DNA of 64,000 nucleotides from Deltaproteobacteria bacterium. Its GTDB lineage: Bacteria > Myxococcota > Kuafuiibacteriia > Kuafuiibacteriales > Kuafuiibacteriaceae. The stretch lies in assembly GCA_040218735.1 (NCBI GenBank), contig JAVJQW010000023.1:704001-768000 (forward strand), in the 5' to 3' direction. Positions 56,776 through 64,000 of the stretch are shown piece by piece; the stretch's first letter is position 1, and every line of letters starts with the position of its first letter. Position numbers and translations under genes: made by a program. The notes beneath the pieces were generated by a model. The model was given only the letters and a program-made list of their open reading frames with translations, was not told where the DNA came from and made no database searches.

Positions 56776-56862
56776 CCGGCGACAGTTGTTAGTTACTCGT
56801 CTGACCGAGTCAAACCTTCACTTTCTCGGGTTCTTCGCGGGGATCATGTTGACGCCATCCAG

Positions 56863-56883
56863 ATAGGGTCTTATTGACTCTTT
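56863..56883. promoter_or_regulatory. NrtR-box-like 21-bp operator immediately before the TIGR02452 gene
   Basis: ATAGGGTCTTATTGACTCTTT has a GT-N7-AC core with AT-rich flanks and lies just downstream of TTGACG (-35-like, 56849..56854). Confidence 0.6.
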
Positions 56884-57711
56884 ATGTCGATCTCAAGATC
56901 CGAAGCCGCGCGTCTGGGGCAGTCGGCCGTCTCGATCCTGGCCGCCGGTACGTACACATCCGCAAGCGGTCGCGTCGTCTCGATCGCGGAGGCGACGGAG
57001 CGCGCGGTGGCGGGGACGGTGTCCTATCCGCCCGGCGCGGCGCGGCCGGCGCTGGGGGCAGCGCGGTTCGACACCGAGATCACCGTGACGGGCGAGACCA
57101 CGCTCGCGGCGAGCTTCCGGCTCGTGGACGAGGGGGAGACGCCGTGTGCGTTGAACTTCGCGTCGGCGAAGAACCCGGGGGGTGGATTCCTCTCGGGCGC
57201 GCGCGCGCAGGAGGAGACACTCGCGCGCGCGTCATCGTTGTTCGCGTGCATCGACGGTAACCCGATGTACGGGTTCCACCGTCAGCGCCGCGACGCGATG
57301 TACACGCACTACGCGATCTACTCGCCCGACGTCCCGGTGTTCCGCGACGACGCGGGCACGATGCTCGACGCACCGTACACGTTCGCGATGCTCACCTCGC
57401 CGGCCCCGAACACCGGCGCGGTCCTCGCGAAGGACGCGGGGCGCACGGCCGCGATCGAAGCGGCGTTCGCCGAGCGCATCGATCTCGTCCTGCACCTGAT
57501 GGCGGCGCACGGCCACGAGGTCGTGGTCCTCGGCGCGTGGGGCTGCGGCGCCTTCCGCGGCGACCCGAAGATGGTCGCGCGCCTCTTCGCCGACGCGCTG
57601 CGGGGCCCGTTCGCCGGCGTGTTCCGGCGCGCGGTGTTCGCGGTGTTCGATCCCGGGAAGGGCACGCCGAACCGGAAGGCCTTCGAGGCCGCGTTGGGTC
57701 AGGCGACGTAG
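56884..57711 (+). CDS. TIGR02452-family macrodomain protein (bacterial PARG-like ADP-ribose glycohydrolase)
   Basis: LNFASAKNPGGGFLSGARAQEE, YSPDVPVFR and LGAWGCGAF. Confidence 0.92.
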   Translation: MSISRSEAARLGQSAVSILAAGTYTSASGRVVSIAEATERAVAGTVSYPPGAARPALGAARFDTEITVTGETTLAASFRLVDEGETPCALNFASAKNPGGGFLSGARAQEETLARASSLFACIDGNPMYGFHRQRRDAMYTHYAIYSPDVPVFRDDAGTMLDAPYTFAMLTSPAPNTGAVLAKDAGRTAAIEAAFAERIDLVLHLMAAHGHEVVVLGAWGCGAFRGDPKMVARLFADALRGPFAGVFRRAVFAVFDPGKGTPNRKAFEAALGQAT

Positions 57712-58484
57712 GGCGGGAGCGGGATGCCGTCGATCTCGAGGCCGCGCGTGTGGCGGACGCCGAGGGCGATGGCGTGGCGGAGGGTGGAGATGGGAACGGG
57801 CTTCGACAGCTCGAGCTCTGGTTCGAGCGCTTCGAGCGGTGGATCGTCCCACATCAGCCGTCCACCCGACGCGATGATGATGAAGAGGCCTCGCAACGTC
57901 TCGTCGCGACGAATGATGTCGATCATCTTCGCACCGCTCATGAAGGGCATGTTGAGGTTGGTGACGACCACATCCGGTCGATCCGAACGAATACGCTCTA
58001 AACCTTCGATACCCGTCGTCGCGAAGCTGATCCGAAACGTTTGACGGTACCGCCGCAAGACCCGGTTGTAGGAGCTGAGTAGCGGCAACTCATCATCCAC
58101 CATGAGTACGTGTGCACGGCCGTCCGGCGCAGCATCACGACCTTGGTGATGCTCTCGCCCTAGCCTTCGAAGCTCGCGCTCCAACACAGGAGCAACGTCG
58201 TTCACGAGAGCTCCATCGAGGTCGTGGCCCTGGTGATGCCGATTCCAGGTCATCATGAACCCCGGCGTCGGGTCTGCCTCGAAGCAGCGCCCGTGCACCA
58301 CCACCAGATCCGGCTTCAGCCTCTGCACCGCTTGAAACCGCGACTCCCCGCGCACGCGCGCCACCGCGATCTCGGGCGAGAACAACGCCGCCGCCTCGAC
58401 CCACTGCGCGTGATCCTCGTCGGGGAGATCGGCCGTCAGCACCAGCGAGCGCCGGTCGCCCGGCGGAAACGGTCGCGCTCTCAT
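57699..58484 (-). CDS. Atypical receiver-domain protein (phospho-acceptor Asp replaced by Asn)
   Basis: VLMVDDE..PDVVVTNLNMPFMSG..SKP. N-terminus paralogous to the upstream gene. Start ATG 58484 (ATGA overlap). Confidence 0.72.
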   Translation of the reverse strand: MRARPFPPGDRRSLVLTADLPDEDHAQWVEAAALFSPEIAVARVRGESRFQAVQRLKPDLVVVHGRCFEADPTPGFMMTWNRHHQGHDLDGALVNDVAPVLERELRRLGREHHQGRDAAPDGRAHVLMVDDELPLLSSYNRVLRRYRQTFRISFATTGIEGLERIRSDRPDVVVTNLNMPFMSGAKMIDIIRRDETLRGLFIIIASGGRLMWDDPPLEALEPELELSKPVPISTLRHAIALGVRHTRGLEIDGIPLPPYVA

Positions 58485-59224
58485 TCGTCGTCCTCCCCTA
58501 CACCCACGCGCCCTTGCGCGATGTTCAAGCCATGAACGAGCGCCCAACCTACGCGTTCCTTCGAGAGCTCGAGCGGTGCGCGCCTCGAGAGCGGGGGCCG
58601 GTGCACGAACACCGACTCGTCCTCCTCGGTGATGAAGTACCGTCGCCTCAGCTCCGAATCCGCGCGCAGCTTCGCCAACAGCGCTTCGGACAGCGTCGGC
58701 CGTACCAGACTCACGACGACGGACGGCGCTTCCGCGCGAATCCGCTCGATCACGTCGGCGATGGTCGACGACCAGATGAAGTGGTCCGTGTGACCGTTCC
58801 TCGCGAGCACACGCCGCATGATGTCGATGAGGAACGACTCCTCCTCGAACACGAGCACACGACCATCCCCCTCGATCGGCCTCGCCTCGTCCGAGCGATG
58901 TGACCGACCCACGCGCAGCAGCTCTCGCTGAAGCACACCAACGAGCCCGTCCACGGCAGCCCCCGCCAAGTCATCGGGCCGCCCCGGGCACCCGCCCGTC
59001 ATCACCAGCCCCGGCGCCGCCGCCAGATCCGCGCTCTTCCCCTGCACGACGAGCAAGTCCGGACGCAGCCGATCGATCGCGCTGGCTTCGTCCGGTCGGA
59101 GCACCACCACCTCCGGCTCGAGCCACCTCGCCGCCTCGACCCACCGCGCGTGATCCTCATCCGGCAGATCCACCGTCAGCACGAGCGCGCGCGGGTCACC
59201 CACCGGAAACGGACGCTCTATCAT
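58481..59224 (-). CDS. Paralogue of 57699..58484 with a more degenerate receiver-like domain
   Basis: RPFPVGDPRALVLTVDLPDEDHARWVEAA versus RPFPPGDRRSLVLTADLPDEDHAQWVEAA. Confidence 0.68.
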   Translation of the reverse strand: MIERPFPVGDPRALVLTVDLPDEDHARWVEAARWLEPEVVVLRPDEASAIDRLRPDLLVVQGKSADLAAAPGLVMTGGCPGRPDDLAGAAVDGLVGVLQRELLRVGRSHRSDEARPIEGDGRVLVFEEESFLIDIMRRVLARNGHTDHFIWSSTIADVIERIRAEAPSVVVSLVRPTLSEALLAKLRADSELRRRYFITEEDESVFVHRPPLSRRAPLELSKERVGWALVHGLNIAQGRVGVGEDDE

Positions 59225-59316
59225 CGCGCTACGAATCTCCCACGCGCCCGCGGTAGGACACGAGCCCCCGGCGTCCCCTCGCCTCCGACTCCGTCCCTCC
59301 CGTTATACTCAGTACC

Positions 59317-62181
59317 GTGCGCTGCTTCGTTCTCGTCCTCGGCTTCTCGATGATATCCGCGCCCGCGTTCGCGCAGCGCGGCGTCGCCCTGCCCGTCCCC
59401 GCGGACGGGGAGTGGGACTTCCTGGCGATCACGCCCGACGAATCGACCGTCTACATCGGTGACTACGCATCGCGCCTGCTCGCCGTAGACACCGCCGACC
59501 AGAACATCACGGTCCTCGACCTCCCCGACGATGAGTTCTTGGGCGGCGTCGCCGTCGCGCCCGACGGGCGGCTCTTCGTCACCCACGACTACGCGGTCTT
59601 CGAGATCGACCCCGCGACCGGCATGGCTTCACAGACCGCCATCCCACCCTCCTGGTACGGCGGGCCGATGGTCTTCACGGCCGACGCCCAACGCATGTAC
59701 GTCGCCGGCGGCGACGACATCTACGTGCTCGACACCGATCCCCTCGCGTTCGTCGACACCACGCCCGGCGACGGCGAGATCAACGGCCTCTACGCCCTCA
59801 ACCCCACGTGGTCCGCGTGGCATCGCGCGTGGCGCCTCGAGCTGTCACCGGACGGCGACACACTCTTCTTCGTCGGCGACCCCACCGAGAACGACCTCCA
59901 CGCCCTCCAGAAGATCACCGGACTCACCACCGATCTCGCCACGCTCACGTACGAGGTCGTCGAGATTCCCAACCCCACCGGCACCACCGTCGAGCCCCGC
60001 ATCCTCCTCGCGGAAGACGGCAGTTACCTCGACGACAGCTACGGCACCCGATGGAACACCGCCGATCTCACCGTTCGAGACACCATCCAACTCAGCCAGT
60101 GGGCCTCCTTCACGCCCTCCACGATCGCCCGCTCTCCGAGTGGGTTCCTCTGGCTCCAAGGTTTTGCGACGACCACCGACGGCGGAACTCATCGCGGCGA
60201 ATCACTCCTCGCGATCAACCCAGGCACCCTCGACCTGGTCGACCTCGATGACAACACCCCGAACGGCGTCACCGGCATCCCCCTCCCCGGCCCCGGCGGT
60301 GAGTTCGATCGCGTCGGCGCCTACAACGTCCACGCGATGGTCGCGACCGACAACCAGGTCTACGTCGCCGGTGGCACCGACGTCGCGGTCTTCGTCGATC
60401 TCAACGCATCACCCGCGACCCGCGGACGCGTCGTTCCCAACCGAGGCGGCGACGGCGGCGACGTCTCCCTCTCCGTCACCGGCCAGTACGTCCCCGGAAC
60501 TCAGATCCGGCTCGAGCTCGGCGCCGACACCCTCACGCCCTCCCGCACCGAGGTGCTCCCCGGCGGCGCGCTCGACGCCACCTTCGATCTGAGAGGTGTC
60601 ACCCGCGGCGCCTACGACGTCGTCCTCACCCCGCCGGGCGGGACGCCGGAGCGACTCACCGAAGCGTTCACCGTCGAAGAGACCCGTGAGAACGCGATCG
60701 TCGACGTGGTCGGCGCAGACCGCTTCCACGCGATCGACGAAGCGCTCGTCCGCGTCTTCGTGACGAACACCGGCAACGTCGATCTCACCGACCCGATCGT
60801 CTCGCTCGAAATCAGCGAAGGCACCCGCTACGCCGTCAACCTCCCCGCGCTCGTCCCCGGCGGCCCCGCCCAGAACGACGACGAGAAGACCACCGCCGAA
60901 GCCGACGTCCCCGAGCGCATCTGGCTCGCGCGCCTCCGCCCCGGGCAGAGCTACGCGTTCACCGTCGTCATCGAAGGCCCCGCGAACGGGCGCCCCCAGG
61001 ACTGGGACATCTCGGTGCGCGCCACGGTCGGCTACGTCCAGACCCCCGGCGAGGAAGACGGCGCCCTCATCGGCGAGCTGTGCACCGTCGGCGACGCGTT
61101 CGCGCAAGCGTTGATCAACGAGTCCAAGCGACGCGAGCTGGAGGTGAACCGCGCCGACGTCAAGGACACCACAGCGCGCGTCCTCCGCGACACCGCCGTC
61201 GAGTACGGCGTCTCCAAGACCAAGGAGATCGCCGCGAAGACGATCACCGCGCTCGTCGTCGCCGGCCTGTTCCCCGCGGCGCTGCCGCTCGTCCCGGTCA
61301 TCTTCGGCGCGCTCAACGACATGAAGTCCTGCTACGACTTCGCGACCAAGCTGAAGACGCTCGCCGCGCTGTTCTCGCTCGACCCGAACGACAAGGCGGG
61401 CACCACGGGGATCGACGGCTTCATCACCGGCAACGAGACGATGCGCTACCGCATTCGCTTCGAGAACCAACCCGAGGCGACCGCCGCCGCTCGAATCGTC
61501 ACCATCACGGACACCATCGATCCCAACCTCCGCCTCGACACCCTCGAAGTCACCGGGAGCAGCCACGCGACGCTCCTCGACGTCGCCGTCGACGAGACCA
61601 CCCGCGTCGTCACCTTCACCTTCGATGACATCGACCTCCCCCCGAACGCGACGCCACCGGAGGGCGAAGGTTGGATCGACTACGCGATCGAGCTCGCCCC
61701 CGACCTCCCCGACGGGACGCAGATCGACAACGCCGCTTCGATCGTCTTCGACATCAACGAGCCGATCGTCACACCGACCGTCGTCCACACCGTCGACAAG
61801 GCCGCCCCCGTCACGACCGTGGCCGAGCTCGGCCCCAGCCCGGAGACGATCACCCTGACCTGGGCCGGCGACGACGCGGGCGTCGGCGTCTGGGACTACG
61901 ACGTCTTCGTCTCCAAGGACGGCGGCCCCTTCGAGCCCGTCGCGGAGCGCATCGACGCCACCCAGATCGACTACACGGGGCAGGTCGGCGCGACGTACGG
62001 CTTCTACGTGGTCGCCCGCGACTACCTCGGCAACGCGGAGCGACGGAGTGAAGCCGCGGTGACCACGACCGTCGTGAGCAACGAGGAGGAAGAGGGCGGA
62101 TGCGGGTGCAACCACACCGCCGGGGGCTCGACCGCGTGGTGGGCCCTCCTCGCCCTTGTCGTCCTGCGCCGGAGGCGGTGA
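59317..62181 (+). CDS. Surface protein: YVTN-like propeller, Ig-like domains, DPNDK (DUF7619-type) domain and MYXO-CTERM
   Basis: Signal peptide ending in AFA, DPNDK..YRIRFEN..LPPN..EG..N.ASIVFD.N, and C-terminal GGCGC..WWALLALVVLRRRR. Confidence 0.85.
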   Translation: MRCFVLVLGFSMISAPAFAQRGVALPVPADGEWDFLAITPDESTVYIGDYASRLLAVDTADQNITVLDLPDDEFLGGVAVAPDGRLFVTHDYAVFEIDPATGMASQTAIPPSWYGGPMVFTADAQRMYVAGGDDIYVLDTDPLAFVDTTPGDGEINGLYALNPTWSAWHRAWRLELSPDGDTLFFVGDPTENDLHALQKITGLTTDLATLTYEVVEIPNPTGTTVEPRILLAEDGSYLDDSYGTRWNTADLTVRDTIQLSQWASFTPSTIARSPSGFLWLQGFATTTDGGTHRGESLLAINPGTLDLVDLDDNTPNGVTGIPLPGPGGEFDRVGAYNVHAMVATDNQVYVAGGTDVAVFVDLNASPATRGRVVPNRGGDGGDVSLSVTGQYVPGTQIRLELGADTLTPSRTEVLPGGALDATFDLRGVTRGAYDVVLTPPGGTPERLTEAFTVEETRENAIVDVVGADRFHAIDEALVRVFVTNTGNVDLTDPIVSLEISEGTRYAVNLPALVPGGPAQNDDEKTTAEADVPERIWLARLRPGQSYAFTVVIEGPANGRPQDWDISVRATVGYVQTPGEEDGALIGELCTVGDAFAQALINESKRRELEVNRADVKDTTARVLRDTAVEYGVSKTKEIAAKTITALVVAGLFPAALPLVPVIFGALNDMKSCYDFATKLKTLAALFSLDPNDKAGTTGIDGFITGNETMRYRIRFENQPEATAAARIVTITDTIDPNLRLDTLEVTGSSHATLLDVAVDETTRVVTFTFDDIDLPPNATPPEGEGWIDYAIELAPDLPDGTQIDNAASIVFDINEPIVTPTVVHTVDKAAPVTTVAELGPSPETITLTWAGDDAGVGVWDYDVFVSKDGGPFEPVAERIDATQIDYTGQVGATYGFYVVARDYLGNAERRSEAAVTTTVVSNEEEEGGCGCNHTAGGSTAWWALLALVVLRRRR

Positions 62182-62229
62182 ACCGCCCGGTATTTGCCCG
62201 TCCGATCGTCCTGCGGTACTTCGCATCCG

Positions 62230-64000
62230 ATGCGACGCTCGGCCGCACTCCTGCTCCCGCTCGCGCTCGTCGGCTGCCCGAGCTCCACGACGCGCCAAGG
62301 ACCTCCGCCCCCACCGCCCGCACCGAAGGCCGACCTCGTGTTGGTCGGCGGTCAGGTGGTCACGCTGGCGGACGGCGTCGAAGGGACGGCGATCGCCGCG
62401 AAGGACGGCGTCGTCCTGGACGTCGCGGACGACGCGACGATCGAAAAGTACATCGGTCCCAACACAAAGGTCGTGGGGCTGAAGGGCCGCACCGCAGTGC
62501 CCGGCCTCTCGGACGCCCACATGCACCTCGCCGGTCTCGGCGTTCGCCGCTTCGGGATCGACCTCGTCGGCACGCAGTCCTTGGAGGAAGTGAAGGCGCG
62601 CGTCGCGAAGGCGGTGGCCGACGCCAAGGAAGGGCAGTGGATTCGGGGGCGCGGTTGGGACCAGAACGACTGGCCGTCGTTCTCGCGGCGCCGCCGCAAG
62701 TTCCCGTCGGCGCGCGACCTCGATCGAGTCGCGCCGAACCACCCGGTGGTGCTCACGCGGATCGACGGGCACGCGATCTGGGTCAACTCCAAGGCGATGA
62801 AGATGGCCGGCATCTCGCGGCGAACGAAGACGCCGAAGGGCGGTGAGATCGTGAAGCGCCGCGGGCGCCCCGAGGGCGTGTTCATCGACAACGCGATGTC
62901 GCTCGTCCGCGAGAAGATGCCGCCGCTCACGACCGAGGAGCTCGAGCGCGCCATCCTGCTCGGCCAACGCGAGTGCCTCGTCGCCGGGCTCACGCAGGTG
63001 CAGGACATGGGCACCGACCTCGAGACGATCGAGGTCATGAAGAAACTCGACGCCGCGGGTGAGCTGAAGGTCCGCGCGTACGTCATGCACGACGGCGCCG
63101 CCGAAGATCTCGCGGGCGCGATCCAGGGCGGTCCGATCGTCGCGGAGGGGGACAGCCGGCTCACGGTGCGCGGTGTGAAGTTCTACATGGACGGTGCGCT
63201 CGGTTCGCGCGGCGCCGCGCTGCTCGAACCGTACGACGACGACCGGCGAAACAAGGGCCTCTTGCTCCTCGAGCCCGCGGTGTTCGAAGCCCGCGTGCGC
63301 ACCGTGGACGCCGCGGGGTTCCAGGTCGCGACCCACGCGATCGGAGATCGCGCGAACCAGATCGTGCTCGACGTCTACGAGCGGGTGTTCGGTGCGGAGG
63401 CAGCGACGAAACGACCGCGCGTCGAACACGCGCAGATCCTCACGGAGGTCGACCTCGCACGCTTCGGTCGCCTCGGGGTGTTGGCGTCGATGCAGCCGAC
63501 GCACGCCACGAGTGACATGGAGTGGGCGGAGCAGCGCGTGGGTTCCGAGCGCATCAAGGGCGCCTACGCGTGGCAGTCGTTGCTGACCTCGAACGCCACG
63601 GTGGCGTTCGGATCGGACGCGCCCGTCGAGGACATCTCGCCGATCCTCGGTCTGTACGCAGCGACGACGCGCAAGGATCAGTTCGGCTTCCCCGAGGAGG
63701 GGTGGCTGCCGCCGGAGAAGGTCACGACGCGGCAGGCGCTCGAAGGCTTCACGACCGGCGCCGCCTGGGCGGCCTTCCGCGAGGACGAGGCCGGGCGGCT
63801 GAGCCCCGGGCGCGTCGCTGACATCACCGTGCTCGACAAGAACCCGCTCACTTCGTCGGAGGATCTGCTGGTGCAGACGCAAGTCATGTTGACGATCGTC
63901 GGGGGGAAGATCGAGTACGCGCGCGGGGGCGCCGATGCACCACCGGCCGCGCCCGAGGAAGTGAAGACGTCGACCACCGCCACGTCGACGACCGGGGTGG
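62230..64000 (+). CDS. Amidohydrolase_3 (YtcJ-like) lipoprotein, 3' end beyond the window
   Basis: Not in the ORF track because it has no stop in the window. Read from sequence: MRRSAALLLPLALVGC, PGLSDAHMH, GRGWDQ, DGALGSRGA, HAIGDRAN, RVEHAQ, MQPTHA and FGSDAPV. Confidence 0.9.
   Translation, partial: MRRSAALLLPLALVGCPSSTTRQGPPPPPPAPKADLVLVGGQVVTLADGVEGTAIAAKDGVVLDVADDATIEKYIGPNTKVVGLKGRTAVPGLSDAHMHLAGLGVRRFGIDLVGTQSLEEVKARVAKAVADAKEGQWIRGRGWDQNDWPSFSRRRRKFPSARDLDRVAPNHPVVLTRIDGHAIWVNSKAMKMAGISRRTKTPKGGEIVKRRGRPEGVFIDNAMSLVREKMPPLTTEELERAILLGQRECLVAGLTQVQDMGTDLETIEVMKKLDAAGELKVRAYVMHDGAAEDLAGAIQGGPIVAEGDSRLTVRGVKFYMDGALGSRGAALLEPYDDDRRNKGLLLLEPAVFEARVRTVDAAGFQVATHAIGDRANQIVLDVYERVFGAEAATKRPRVEHAQILTEVDLARFGRLGVLASMQPTHATSDMEWAEQRVGSERIKGAYAWQSLLTSNATVAFGSDAPVEDISPILGLYAATTRKDQFGFPEEGWLPPEKVTTRQALEGFTTGAAWAAFREDEAGRLSPGRVADITVLDKNPLTSSEDLLVQTQVMLTIVGGKIEYARGGADAPPAAPEEVKTSTTATSTTGV

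Noticed and set aside
60409-63882. 1157-aa minus-strand ORF and similar long antisense ORFs (for example 35522..38260, 41029..43557, 19304..21250)
   Set aside because: They lie opposite genes with clear motifs and have Arg/Ala/Gly-rich, motif-free sequence. They are shadow ORFs expected from high-GC codon bias.
1-64000. CRISPR arrays, tRNA/rRNA, IS elements, integrases and prophage genes
   Set aside because: No regularly spaced repeats, RNA-gene signatures, or recombinase or phage motifs were seen, and intergenic gaps are short.

Overview
Very GC-rich bacterial chromosomal window that is almost certainly from a Myxococcota-like organism. The evidence is a MYXO-CTERM sorting signal, parB followed by a bactofilin, a CglD-like vWA lipoprotein, two DUF4388 proteins, several Ser/Thr kinases and PEGA/TPR proteins. 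About 50 densely packed CDSs are supported. I found no rRNA, tRNA, CRISPR array, transposase or integrase. Recognisable genes are queD, parB, a bactofilin, fhs, plsB, dnaJ, an exbB/exbD-like pair, a TIGR02452 macrodomain protein and a translationally coupled SWIM/DUF5691/MoxR-AAA/DUF5682/vWA (yeh-like) operon. The strongest candidate for an undescribed system is an apparently split LruC module: a small lipoprotein gene coupled to a separately secreted LruC-domain protein carrying SBBP, TSP1 and fibrinogen-like domains, with a second orphan copy of the lipoprotein about 17 kb away. Other notable features are a sigma54-transcribed but apparently catalytically dead enhancer-binding protein, several other pseudo-enzymes, a glutaredoxin-TM-TlpA fusion, an NrtR-like operator, and sigma54/sigma70 promoters lying almost on top of start codons. 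All family assignments come from reading motifs by eye; no database searches were run.
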